The notes under the pieces were generated by a model. That model was not told the DNA's origin. It did no database searches and was given only the letters and a program-made list of their open reading frames with translations. A stretch of 63,912 nucleotides of DNA, filler included, from Lama guanicoe (Eukaryota): NCBI GenBank assembly GCA_013239625.1. It is 213 parts of 213 records of this genome, joined end to end, with 100 filler letters (N's around TTAATTAATTAA, not from the genome) between each part and the next. Parts side by side here need not be neighbours in the genome. Positions count along the whole stretch, not along the records: positions 38,432 to 38,632 come from PNXV01030497.1; positions 38,733 to 38,933 come from PNXV01030498.1; positions 39,034 to 39,234 come from PNXV01030499.1; positions 39,335 to 39,535 come from PNXV01030500.1; positions 39,636 to 39,836 come from PNXV01030501.1; positions 39,937 to 40,137 come from PNXV01030502.1; positions 40,238 to 40,438 come from PNXV01030503.1; positions 40,539 to 40,739 come from PNXV01030504.1; 205 more parts are not named here. One strand, written 5' to 3'. Positions 38,432 to 50,167 of the stretch are shown here, piece by piece; position 1 is the stretch's first letter, and each line of letters opens with the position of its first letter. The position numbers and the translations under genes are program-made.

Positions 38432-38632
38432 AGGAGAACAAATCTGACTCCACACTGGATCTGTTCCTTTGGACTTAACCACTGTGCCCTGTTCCCTAGA
38501 CTTAGTCTTGCTAGCTCTGCACTCACGCAAAGATAGTAAGTTGCAGAATAGAGAATTGTTTGAATTGTCGGAGGATTTGCAGAAGCACCATGAGCTGGCC
38601 CACGTGGACAGCTGCAGGAACAAAGAATTCCT
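38432..38632 (+). mobile_element. ERV LTR 5' part (same family as 63110-63236)
   Basis: agaacaaatctgactcca...gatctgttcctttgg...ctgtgccctgtt aligns with the reverse complement of 63110-63236. Confidence 0.7.
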
Positions 38633-39033
38633 NNNNNNNNNNNNNNNNNNNNNNNNNNNNNNNNNNNNNNNNNNNNTTAATTAATTAANNNNNNNNNNNN
38701 NNNNNNNNNNNNNNNNNNNNNNNNNNNNNNNNGAAATATAGGATATGTTTGAATTTAGATATAAATATACTTGAGATTCAAATTCTATGAATTTGTGGTA
38801 ACATTACTTTGGAAGGACGAGTTAGACACTTAAAAATTTTGAGAACCAAAAGAAGCATACAGGTCATTTCCTTGGAATACTTACCAAGATGAAACTGTAA
38901 GTTCACACCCTTTTGTTACAAAATCTTAACTAGNNNNNNNNNNNNNNNNNNNNNNNNNNNNNNNNNNNNNNNNNNNNTTAATTAATTAANNNNNNNNNNN
39001 NNNNNNNNNNNNNNNNNNNNNNNNNNNNNNNNN

Positions 39034-39234
39034 CGGCCCAGGCCGCTGGGGAGGGGGCGGCGGCCGCGGCGGCCGGGCTCCGGGAGAGCGGGGCTGCGCG
39101 GGGAGGCCGGACCCCCCTGGTTGCCATGGACACTGCCCTCCCACCCCCACCCGGCCCAGCCCGCCCCCTCGGCCCGTGGGCCGGGCCGACGGGCTGCTCC
39201 GGGGCGGCCAGGCCGGCACGGGTCTGCCCGGGGT
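39034..39234. promoter_or_regulatory. CpG-island fragment
   Basis: Extremely GC-rich with dense CpGs and GC boxes. Confidence 0.65.
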
Positions 39235-39936
39235 NNNNNNNNNNNNNNNNNNNNNNNNNNNNNNNNNNNNNNNNNNNNTTAATTAATTAANNNNNNNNNN
39301 NNNNNNNNNNNNNNNNNNNNNNNNNNNNNNNNNNTGTATTTGATTATAATAAAACAGGTCAGTAATCAACAACAGGGAGAAAAGCAAAGGAAGCCACACG
39401 AAGGATCATAACAGTTTTATTGCTCAGAATAGCTAATATGAAAAACTCATAAAAGCAGCTGTTGTGAAAGATATAGGAGCAATTATTGACTCCTCAAAGG
39501 AAACTATGCAAATGGGAAGAGAGCAGAAAATTTAANNNNNNNNNNNNNNNNNNNNNNNNNNNNNNNNNNNNNNNNNNNNTTAATTAATTAANNNNNNNNN
39601 NNNNNNNNNNNNNNNNNNNNNNNNNNNNNNNNNNNTTATTTTTATGTTAGGAGCATCTAAATAACCATCATTTCAACAGTGCCCCAATTAGCAGGTCATT
39701 CACAGTGGATTAGAAATTGACTTGCATCAGGCCTCTCCATCAGCGCCTGGGAGAGGCTTCCAGCCTTAATTACCCACCCTGTTCATGGAGGAGGTTGGAG
39801 ACTTGATGAGCTTACGTGGTGCCCCAGGTGGCCGTANNNNNNNNNNNNNNNNNNNNNNNNNNNNNNNNNNNNNNNNNNNNTTAATTAATTAANNNNNNNN
39901 NNNNNNNNNNNNNNNNNNNNNNNNNNNNNNNNNNNN

Positions 39937-40137
39937 AATAAAGAATACAGAACACAGATTTTAGAACAATGGAATGCAGGTCAGAGGATAGAATATAGAA
40001 TAAAGAATTAGAATGTAGAATATAGAAATTAGAACAGAACAAAGAATATAGAATACAGAATTCAGAACCCAGAATTTAGAACATGGATTGCAGAACACAG
40101 AATACAGAATATAGAAAACACAACACAGATCCCAGAA
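39937..40137 (+). repeat. Heptamer satellite (AGAATAY)n
   Basis: agaatac/agaatat units with the landmark tttagaacatgga.tgcagaac. Confidence 0.88.
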
Positions 40138-40839
40138 NNNNNNNNNNNNNNNNNNNNNNNNNNNNNNNNNNNNNNNNNNNNTTAATTAATTAANNNNNNN
40201 NNNNNNNNNNNNNNNNNNNNNNNNNNNNNNNNNNNNNAGTGGGAGGGGCACAGAAAGGAGTGGGGCCAGAGTGAGTTCTCCACTTGAGGGAGGCCACGCC
40301 CCTGACCCTGCCTTTGAAAGAGACAAAGCCAAACAGCATAGATATTTATAAAGGGTCTCTATCCCCAGGCCGGGAATACCCAAGGGGTAAGGGATGGGGT
40401 TGGGGCATGGGATGGGGTGCGGGTGGGGAGGCATGGGCNNNNNNNNNNNNNNNNNNNNNNNNNNNNNNNNNNNNNNNNNNNNTTAATTAATTAANNNNNN
40501 NNNNNNNNNNNNNNNNNNNNNNNNNNNNNNNNNNNNNNGCTGGTTTCCCAGGAGGGGATGACAGCCAACTGTGGCCGGGTCTTCCAATGTTTCAGAAGAG
40601 GCTTTCAAACAACACCCACACATACACGCATATGGTGTGACCCATGGGTCCCTGGTTTGAGATCTCAGCTTTATAGCAAAATTCAGTGTCTCTGCGCAGC
40701 CAACCAGATACCTCCCACACCATCAGCAACCTTCTGCCTNNNNNNNNNNNNNNNNNNNNNNNNNNNNNNNNNNNNNNNNNNNNTTAATTAATTAANNNNN
40801 NNNNNNNNNNNNNNNNNNNNNNNNNNNNNNNNNNNNNNN

Positions 40840-41040
40840 TGTGGAGGAGGAGGAGGATGTGGAGGAGAAGGAGGATATGGAGGAGGAGTGGAGGATGTGG
40901 AGGAGGAGGAGGAGGATGTGGAAGAGGAGGAGATGAAGGAAGAGGAGGATGAGGTGGAGGAGGAGCATGTGGAGTAGAAGGCGGAGGACAAGAAGGAGGA
41001 GGTGGTGGAGGTGGTGGAGAAGGAGGTTGAGGAGGAGAAG
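40840..41040 (+). repeat. (GGA)n purine-rich low-complexity tract
   Basis: Degenerate GAG/GGA triplets across the whole fragment. Confidence 0.9.
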
Positions 41041-41441
41041 NNNNNNNNNNNNNNNNNNNNNNNNNNNNNNNNNNNNNNNNNNNNTTAATTAATTAANNNN
41101 NNNNNNNNNNNNNNNNNNNNNNNNNNNNNNNNNNNNNNNNTCCTCTTTTTTTAACTCTTGCAGTTCATTTGTTAAAGAATTGTGCTTCTATTTCCTATAG
41201 AAGTTCTCGTAGTCTGAGTTTGACAGATCACATCTCCTCGGTGTATTCTAACACGTTCTGTCCTCTGGATTCCCTGTAAATTGGTAGTTGGATCTACAGG
41301 TTTGATCAGATTCCAGTTTAATTTTTTTTTGCAATATATTANNNNNNNNNNNNNNNNNNNNNNNNNNNNNNNNNNNNNNNNNNNNTTAATTAATTAANNN
41401 NNNNNNNNNNNNNNNNNNNNNNNNNNNNNNNNNNNNNNNNN

Positions 41442-41642
41442 CTAACGTTCATAGCAGTTTTATTCATAATCACCCAAAACTTAAAGCTACCAACATATGC
41501 TGTTCAAGAACTGAATAGATAAACCATAAATCCATGTAATGTAATTTAGCAATTAAAGTAATTTAGTTATTAAAAAGCAGTAAGTTACCAAGCCATGAAA
41601 AGACATGAAGGAAACATAAGTGTATACTGCTAAGTGAAAGAA
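41442..41642 (+). mobile_element. L1M 3' fragment
   Basis: gttcatagcagttttattcataat...aagccatgaaaagacatgaaggaaacataagtgtatactgctaagtgaaagaa. Confidence 0.8.
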
Positions 41643-42082
41643 NNNNNNNNNNNNNNNNNNNNNNNNNNNNNNNNNNNNNNNNNNNNTTAATTAATTAANN
41701 NNNNNNNNNNNNNNNNNNNNNNNNNNNNNNNNNNNNNNNNNNGGAGTGTGAATTATATCTCAATAAAGCTATTTCTTTTTAAAAGCCCCCAGATCAGGAG
41801 CAAGTGTTGACACAGGAGGCAGGCCTTCAATGCCCGCTTCCTCTGCTGTCTTCCCATCATTTCTGGAAGGGGAGGCAGGTCCTGCTGAGGGCGGGGATCG
41901 TGTGGGTGGTCACCACACCCGACATGACACTGGCCGGTCGGGCNNNNNNNNNNNNNNNNNNNNNNNNNNNNNNNNNNNNNNNNNNNNTTAATTAATTAAN
42001 NNNNNNNNNNNNNNNNNNNNNNNNNNNNNNNNNNNNNNNNNNNACTTACACATTCCCTCCACTCACCTCATCAATGTAACTT

Positions 42083-42190
42083 ATTTTTCCCTCAATTTTT
42101 TCCTATCGGAGGCACTGGGGATTAAACCTAGGGCCTTGTGCACACCAAGCATGTGCTCTACCACTGAGCTATCACCCTAACCATCCTCCC
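42083..42190 (-). mobile_element. Vic-1-type SINE with short target-site duplication
   Basis: ggaggcactggggattaaacctaggg...gctctaccactgagctat. Flanks atgtaactt (42074) and acataactt (42194). Confidence 0.85.
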
Positions 42191-42344
42191 ACTACATAAC
42201 TTTAAACAACATACTTTAAGCTTAATTTCATTTTTCCTCAATTANNNNNNNNNNNNNNNNNNNNNNNNNNNNNNNNNNNNNNNNNNNNTTAATTAATTAA
42301 NNNNNNNNNNNNNNNNNNNNNNNNNNNNNNNNNNNNNNNNNNNN

Positions 42345-42545
42345 TCAGTGATCTGTGATCAGTGGTCTCTAACACTTCTATTTGTAATTGTCTGGGGGAC
42401 ACCACAAGCCACGCCCATCTGAGACAGCTAGATGAATGTGTGTGTGTTCTGACTGCTCCAACCACTGCTGTTCCCCTGTTTCTCTCCCTATTCTTCGGCC
42501 TCCCTATTGGTTTATTCCTCAGGCAGATTGGAAATAACTTTTCCA
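42345..42545 (+). mobile_element. Tigger1 5' internal fragment
   Basis: gtgatctgtgatcagtg...tgtgtgttctgactgctcca...ggcctccctatt matches Tigger1. Confidence 0.88.
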
Positions 42546-42689
42546 NNNNNNNNNNNNNNNNNNNNNNNNNNNNNNNNNNNNNNNNNNNNTTAATTAATTA
42601 ANNNNNNNNNNNNNNNNNNNNNNNNNNNNNNNNNNNNNNNNNNNNGATCAGGTTTTCTGATGGAAATTTAGTCTCCAAATGGGGATGGG

Positions 42690-42846
42690 CTGTTTAGCAT
42701 AAAATACACACAGGATTTTGAAGACTCCATATAAAAAGCAGTGTAAAATATCTCATAAATGATGATTATATTGATCACATGCTATACTAGTATTTTCGAT
42801 TGATCAAGGTAAGTAAATTATACTCTTAAATTTATTTCACCTTTTT
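42690..42846 (+). mobile_element. MER33/Charlie1-like hAT fragment
   Basis: taaaatacacacaggattttgaagact...tgtaaaatatctcat...tatattgatcacatg...atttcacct. Confidence 0.75.
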
Positions 42847-45354
42847 NNNNNNNNNNNNNNNNNNNNNNNNNNNNNNNNNNNNNNNNNNNNTTAATTAATT
42901 AANNNNNNNNNNNNNNNNNNNNNNNNNNNNNNNNNNNNNNNNNNNNGCGTCCGGAATCCTGAGCTTGGGGAGGTTCCACCAACGGTCGTCAGCGCATGGG
43001 TTCTAACAGAATGCCTAAGCTCATTTCCCCTGAGTATTTTACAATTTTCTGGGTTCCAGGGAATGCTGGCGTTCTGCGCTAGCATGCTGAGTTTCAGCGG
43101 CTGCCTCCCCAATTTCAGGGAAGTTATTTCTCGGAATTACCCTAACNNNNNNNNNNNNNNNNNNNNNNNNNNNNNNNNNNNNNNNNNNNNTTAATTAATT
43201 AANNNNNNNNNNNNNNNNNNNNNNNNNNNNNNNNNNNNNNNNNNNNAGAACAGCATTCACCAGTGGAATGTGGCGCATTCCTACTTCTCCAGAGGAGACA
43301 GTGAATAGTTTCTGCTGTTTATCTCTCTCTCTCTCTCTCTTTTTTTTTTTAAATCCGAAGACGTGTATCTTCAGTGTCATTGCTGCCGTCTCCATTTGGG
43401 GGGTCTCTCGACTCCGCCTCAGATCTCCTGGGGAGTCAGAAGAGAGANNNNNNNNNNNNNNNNNNNNNNNNNNNNNNNNNNNNNNNNNNNNTTAATTAAT
43501 TAANNNNNNNNNNNNNNNNNNNNNNNNNNNNNNNNNNNNNNNNNNNNAGTGGTCAATTCAATGTTCTGTGGGCCAATCCTCAGTGCATTCCAGCCTTTCA
43601 CATTTGCCCCTATCTGCAGGGCCTTTTTATTTCCCCGAAAGCCACCCCGTTAATGGTTTTCTCTATTTCTGCTTCACTAAGCTCCTGAATGTTAATCATT
43701 TTCCAGCCTCAATCCTTGGATGATGCTTTTTTTGTTCCTTTTTCTGCANNNNNNNNNNNNNNNNNNNNNNNNNNNNNNNNNNNNNNNNNNNNTTAATTAA
43801 TTAANNNNNNNNNNNNNNNNNNNNNNNNNNNNNNNNNNNNNNNNNNNNAACGAAAGGCATGCCAGGACAACAGGTTAAACAGATCATTGCAGTAAGTTCA
43901 TTTGTCCATCATGCTGAAGAGCCCAGGCTTATTTTTTGGGGGAAAAATTCTTAGAATTTTAAACTTGTTTTTAAACTTTTAAACCAGTTCTTTATTATTA
44001 TTATTGTTATTGTTATTGTTATTATTTTATTGAAATGTAATTGATTCACNNNNNNNNNNNNNNNNNNNNNNNNNNNNNNNNNNNNNNNNNNNNTTAATTA
44101 ATTAANNNNNNNNNNNNNNNNNNNNNNNNNNNNNNNNNNNNNNNNNNNNTGTCCATTCATAGGTTTTGTTATTTCCTCGGGAATACCACAAAGCCATTTT
44201 ATTCTAAATGCCTGAAAAGTGTCCGTATGCTTCCTCAGTCCCAAGTCCTGGATCTATTCCTTATTTTGAGCTCCTTCTCCCTTATAGGTGTTTACAGAGG
44301 TACACGGGAAAGGGCAGCCATTCCACCAGAATCCTGTTTTCTAGACCAGTNNNNNNNNNNNNNNNNNNNNNNNNNNNNNNNNNNNNNNNNNNNNTTAATT
44401 AATTAANNNNNNNNNNNNNNNNNNNNNNNNNNNNNNNNNNNNNNNNNNNNCTAAGTTCACCCTGTAACTTTATTTTTCACAGTTTATACTAAAATGGGAT
44501 TTTAGAAGGGAGAGTTGTGAAAAAAACAAGCTAACCTTTAAAATTCACTTTCACCCAAATTAATGGGAAAACAATTTGGCTAATATTTAGACAAATTTCT
44601 GAGGGCCAAAAAAGTGGTTTTTAAATTTTAAAGTGTTAATTTTTTTTTTTTNNNNNNNNNNNNNNNNNNNNNNNNNNNNNNNNNNNNNNNNNNNNTTAAT
44701 TAATTAANNNNNNNNNNNNNNNNNNNNNNNNNNNNNNNNNNNNNNNNNNNNGCCTTTTAAGTTCAATGATGGTTAAACAATTAAGAGGACATTAATAAGC
44801 GATGATGTATAAAAAATTAAGTATCTATTAAACGTGTAACTCTAGTTATATCTCATATATTTGGAAGGCAGACTGTCTTTTCTTTCTTTCCTTTCTCTCA
44901 TCGCCTTCAAATATTGATGAAGAAATACAAGTATTTTCCATCTAATAAGTTCNNNNNNNNNNNNNNNNNNNNNNNNNNNNNNNNNNNNNNNNNNNNTTAA
45001 TTAATTAANNNNNNNNNNNNNNNNNNNNNNNNNNNNNNNNNNNNNNNNNNNNTTGGAATTTGAAATAAAGAGTAGCTGAAGTTTGTTTCTGGGTTGGAAA
45101 GTTGAGCTTCAGTAGATCTTAGATTTTTTCCCTTAGTGTTAATAGAATCACGGATTCTTAATAGAAAGCTGAACCCTGGAAGGTGGCTCGTCACTTAGAC
45201 CAATGCCATCAAACCAGGGTCTGAGAGAGGGAAATGCTTCAGGGACGCCATGANNNNNNNNNNNNNNNNNNNNNNNNNNNNNNNNNNNNNNNNNNNNTTA
45301 ATTAATTAANNNNNNNNNNNNNNNNNNNNNNNNNNNNNNNNNNNNNNNNNNNNT

Positions 45355-45531
45355 CACCGAGAAATCGTAAATCACTGGACGGTTGCCTGCCTGTCCCGGG
45401 AGCCTCACTTGGGATGCTGCTCCGAAAGATCTGACATTGAACCCTTTCCTCCTGAGGATGCCGTGGGCCTCCATGCTCCTGTTCAAGTTACTCATACACA
45501 CTACAGCCACCCTGAGTGGGGAAGAGGGCAT
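45355..45531 (-). CDS. SSU72L: SSU72-like (SSU72L retrogene family) CTD phosphatase, 5' part, intronless
   Basis: Kozak-type gccatcaccATG at 45531; MPSSPLRVAVVCMSNLNRSMEAHGILRRKGFNVRSFGAASQVRLPGQAGNRPVIYDFSV. The CX5R catalytic loop is intact; ILRRKG and RLPG..NRPV are closer to SSU72L than to parental SSU72. Confidence 0.88.
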
Positions 45532-45654
45532 GGTGATGGCGGCCACTTCAGACTNNNNNNNNNNNNNNNNNNNNNNNNNNNNNNNNNNNNNNNNNNNNTT
45601 AATTAATTAANNNNNNNNNNNNNNNNNNNNNNNNNNNNNNNNNNNNNNNNNNNN

Positions 45655-45760
45655 GACACCACCTGGACCTCCGCTCTGGACGCCCTCATGGTCCTTTGCT
45701 AACCAGGAAATACTCTTCTGTCGGTTGGCATTTGTCCCAATGTTGGCAATGCTCGTAATG
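45655..45760 (-). other. Candidate exon 5' part, unidentified gene
   Basis: Strong acceptor tttttttttctccccAG before 45760; one frame open to the contig edge (ITSIANIGTNANRQKSISWLAKDHEGVQSGGPGGV). Confidence 0.35.
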
Positions 45761-46256
45761 CTGGGGAGAAAAAAAAAATATATATATATGTTTCTGCCAG
45801 AGTCCATTGTTCACCAAACACGTTCTCTGCAGGTCTACAGCCCTACACATTAAAANNNNNNNNNNNNNNNNNNNNNNNNNNNNNNNNNNNNNNNNNNNNT
45901 TAATTAATTAANNNNNNNNNNNNNNNNNNNNNNNNNNNNNNNNNNNNNNNNNNNNCCCTCTCAGCACAGGGAGGTCCTTGGGGACACACCCCCTGCACCC
46001 ACACTCAGTCTGTGGGCCCGCATTCCTCTGGCCCGACTCTGTTGGTATATTGCATATTGCAGTTAGTGATTTAGGCACTGTTGGGGTCATGCTTGTTGTT
46101 CAGTGTTTGTTGCTTTAGCAGCCTGCATCTAGAATACAATGAATTGCTAGTTTATANNNNNNNNNNNNNNNNNNNNNNNNNNNNNNNNNNNNNNNNNNNN
46201 TTAATTAATTAANNNNNNNNNNNNNNNNNNNNNNNNNNNNNNNNNNNNNNNNNNNN

Positions 46257-46456
46257 GTTTATCTGTTCTACATTTTGAAATCCCAGTCTGTCCCTTCCCA
46301 CCCCAACCCCCTTGGCAATCACAAGTTTGTATTCTACATCTATGAGTCTGTTTCTATTTTGTATTCATGTTCTTTTTTTTTTCTTTATTTTTTTTTAGAT
46401 TCCACACATGAGCGATCTCATATAGTATTTTTCTTTCTCTTTCTGGCTTACTTCAC
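46257..46456 (-). mobile_element. L1 3' UTR fragment
   Basis: cttggcaatcacaagtttgtattct...tagattccacacatgagcgatctcata...tggcttacttcac. Confidence 0.9.
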
Positions 46457-46857
46457 NNNNNNNNNNNNNNNNNNNNNNNNNNNNNNNNNNNNNNNNNNNN
46501 TTAATTAATTAANNNNNNNNNNNNNNNNNNNNNNNNNNNNNNNNNNNNNNNNNNNNATCCCCCTCCAACTTGTCCCTCATTTCTGCTTTGAAACTGTTGA
46601 TGCTGTGGGTACCAAAGCCTTCACTCAGTTAAACACTCTTTGGGCTTTCCAAGTTACAAAGTGTTAAACTCTTTGATGCGGACTGGGTTGTCAACAACAA
46701 ATTCAGCGCCTTCTTCACTACATCCATGGCTCACCTGTTTCTCTCCTTAGAGAGAAANNNNNNNNNNNNNNNNNNNNNNNNNNNNNNNNNNNNNNNNNNN
46801 NTTAATTAATTAANNNNNNNNNNNNNNNNNNNNNNNNNNNNNNNNNNNNNNNNNNNN

Positions 46858-47057
46858 ACAGAATACCTAATATGGATTATAGAACATGGAATGCAGAACC
46901 CAGAATCTACAATATAGAATATGGGATACTGAATAAAGAATTTAGAATTTAGAATTTAGAACACACAATATAGAATATAGAGTATAGGATATAGAACCCA
47001 GAATTCATAACATGGGATGCAGAACACAGAATTTAGAATATAGAATACAGAATACTG
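46858..47057 (+). repeat. Heptamer satellite with 63/126-bp higher-order period
   Basis: Landmark CATGG(A/G)ATGCAGAAC at 46885 and 47011 (126 bp apart), with a degenerate copy at 46948. Confidence 0.88.
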
Positions 47058-47159
47058 NNNNNNNNNNNNNNNNNNNNNNNNNNNNNNNNNNNNNNNNNNN
47101 NTTAATTAATTAANNNNNNNNNNNNNNNNNNNNNNNNNNNNNNNNNNNNNNNNNNNNGT

Positions 47160-47357
47160 GATGTGCTTCCTCTGCTCAAACTTGCCTGTTCTGACACCTT
47201 CCTCATCGGTCTCCTGGTTGTTGCCAATGGCGGGACCCTGTCTGTGATCAGCTTCATTGTCCTTGTAGCCTCGTATGTAGTCATTTTGCTCCATCTGAGG
47301 AACCGAAGTTCTGAGGGGCGGCACAAGGCCCTCTCCACCTGTGGGTCCCATATCGCT
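47160..47357 (+). CDS. OR4X2: Olfactory receptor family 4 (OR4X2-like), internal fragment ECL2-TM5-TM6
   Basis: [66 protein letters not shown]. Hallmark LLKLAC, SY and KALSTCGSH motifs; no stop within the fragment. Subfamily assigned from recall. Confidence 0.9.
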
Positions 47358-47759
47358 GNNNNNNNNNNNNNNNNNNNNNNNNNNNNNNNNNNNNNNNNNN
47401 NNTTAATTAATTAANNNNNNNNNNNNNNNNNNNNNNNNNNNNNNNNNNNNNNNNNNNNTTATCTTCAAGTTTTTAAGAAACGGGGGTCAATTTCTCTTTT
47501 GATCAAATGAATAGACATCTTCACCTCCAAAAGCATTTTCTGAATGGTTAGATTCCGGTTCAAAAATATCTCTGAAAGATGAGTGGGACCCATTCTAGTA
47601 CTTCTACCAAGGTGGTACAGCATTTTCATTAGTGAGAAAATTTCTTGAAAGCTTATGACNNNNNNNNNNNNNNNNNNNNNNNNNNNNNNNNNNNNNNNNN
47701 NNNTTAATTAATTAANNNNNNNNNNNNNNNNNNNNNNNNNNNNNNNNNNNNNNNNNNNN

Positions 47760-47960
47760 TGAGGAAATATTGTGTTTTTTCAAATGCTTTTTCTGTATCC
47801 ACTAATCATGTGATTTTATCTGACCTTTTATTAATGTAACATATTACATTTATTAATTTGCATTATGTTAAACCACCCTTGCATTCCAGGGATAAATCAC
47901 ACTTGATTGTGGCCATTTTGTGACCCTTTAACGTGGTCTTGAATTCTGTTTCCAAATATT
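47760..47960 (-). mobile_element. L1 ORF2 RT fragment
   Basis: tcaaatgctttttctgtatc...aaccacccttgcattccagggataaatcacacttgatt. Confidence 0.85.
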
Positions 47961-49324
47961 NNNNNNNNNNNNNNNNNNNNNNNNNNNNNNNNNNNNNNNN
48001 NNNNTTAATTAATTAANNNNNNNNNNNNNNNNNNNNNNNNNNNNNNNNNNNNNNNNNNNNCGAGGGGCCTTGGAGCAGGAATCTGCCAGATGTCTGTGGA
48101 CCCCACACTTGGGCTGGCCTGTCCCTCTCTGACCGCTGAGTACCTCGAGCACTGTTTTCTCCTTCCTGCCCAGTGAGGTCCAGCAGCTGGAACGAGGAAG
48201 GAGACCCCTGGCGGCGCACGAGTTGGCGGGTTTCTGGTCGCCTGTCTGGGCACCAGGAGGCNNNNNNNNNNNNNNNNNNNNNNNNNNNNNNNNNNNNNNN
48301 NNNNNTTAATTAATTAANNNNNNNNNNNNNNNNNNNNNNNNNNNNNNNNNNNNNNNNNNNNTAAGGTTTAGCTTATCAGTGGAGGAAAAGAATCAGTAGA
48401 GATTGTCATCTGCCTGCCATTTAAATCTGACACTTTTCCGCTCCCTGGGCATCCTCCAGCAAACTCGCAGAAGCACTCACAGAGAATAGGCTGTGTCCGT
48501 CATACTCACACTCAGCATTCCGCCTCCCCTCCGACACCGCCCGGCAAGGGACTATTGTCGCANNNNNNNNNNNNNNNNNNNNNNNNNNNNNNNNNNNNNN
48601 NNNNNNTTAATTAATTAANNNNNNNNNNNNNNNNNNNNNNNNNNNNNNNNNNNNNNNNNNNNACTTCCAGTCCTCAGACCAGGACCCGGACTTTCTAGTC
48701 TGCAGGGCAACCCTGGTTACTCAAGTCTTTCTCTCTCAGTGTCACACCTCATTCACCTCCACGTCTCTGCTGCTCTGCCCCCATCCCTTTATCCCCCAGA
48801 GAGCTTTAAATCAGTCCGGGTGCTGGGCCCAGCAGCCTGGGTCCCAGCTCTGGGTCCCCTTACNNNNNNNNNNNNNNNNNNNNNNNNNNNNNNNNNNNNN
48901 NNNNNNNTTAATTAATTAANNNNNNNNNNNNNNNNNNNNNNNNNNNNNNNNNNNNNNNNNNNNGGGCTTCCTCAAGGATGGTTTCTAACAATTTATTTAG
49001 TTCCTTTGAAGGGGGCCATGCTTCCCTGTTTCTCTGTGTTACTGTAATTTCTTCTTGTTGAAAACTGTTCATTTGACATAACACAGTAACTCTAGATTTC
49101 AAATTATCCCCATTCTTTGGGGTTTGATGTTTATTTTTTAATTGTTGAGGACTGTAGTACTCCANNNNNNNNNNNNNNNNNNNNNNNNNNNNNNNNNNNN
49201 NNNNNNNNTTAATTAATTAANNNNNNNNNNNNNNNNNNNNNNNNNNNNNNNNNNNNNNNNNNNNTATAGTTCTGTAAACACACACACACGCATTTGTATG
49301 TATATATGTACAAATTTTTTTAAA

Positions 49325-49440
49325 TGGACAAGAAATATTCACCAAAACAGACCAAATTCTGATTCAACAACAAGTCTCAATGAATTTAAAATCATAGGTT
49401 ATGTTTTATGACCACACCAAAAATTTTAATGTCAATAATA
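49325..49440 (+). mobile_element. L1 endonuclease-domain remnant
   Basis: aatattcaccaaaacagacca...aagtctcaatgaatttaaa...tgaccac. Confidence 0.65.
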
Positions 49441-50167
49441 ATAATAATAATTTTGTAGGAAATCTNNNNNNNNNNNNNNNNNNNNNNNNNNNNNNNNNNN
49501 NNNNNNNNNTTAATTAATTAANNNNNNNNNNNNNNNNNNNNNNNNNNNNNNNNNNNNNNNNNNNNGCAAGGTAAGCAGGAATAAATCAAAAGGGAGAAAA
49601 TTATTTATGGAATATAGCTAAGGGGAGATATTTGAGTGTTTCTAATAATTCGCACTCCATATTTCAAGCCGAGAAATGACATTCATCTCAACAAATATCA
49701 TGAACCATCACCTACATTATGGTTGGATATAATTGGTAAGAGTGAGGTGCTGAGATGTGTGGCATGNNNNNNNNNNNNNNNNNNNNNNNNNNNNNNNNNN
49801 NNNNNNNNNNTTAATTAATTAANNNNNNNNNNNNNNNNNNNNNNNNNNNNNNNNNNNNNNNNNNNNACTACACAGTAGAAGTACAGTAGACATAAGTACA
49901 TTTCTCTCCCAACCTCGTCCTGCAGCCTCCCAGTCCCACTGAGCCTCTGTTCTCCGTGAGCCACTATTATCAGTCTCTTGTGCATCCTTCCAGAGACTGT
50001 CTATGCATACACAGATACATTTTGTAAAAATTAAATACTTAAATATAAAATGAACAAAACACGTACANNNNNNNNNNNNNNNNNNNNNNNNNNNNNNNNN
50101 NNNNNNNNNNNTTAATTAATTAANNNNNNNNNNNNNNNNNNNNNNNNNNNNNNNNNNNNNNNNNNNN

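Noticed and set aside
40840..41040. Acidic poly-Glu coding exon
   Set aside because: The Glu frame shifts after about 16 codons and a later Glu-rich frame contains TAG; simple repeat.
48362..48405. 28S rRNA 5' fragment (tcagtggaggaaaagaa)
   Set aside because: Only about 17 nt resemble rRNA and the flanks do not continue the match; cannot be separated from chance.
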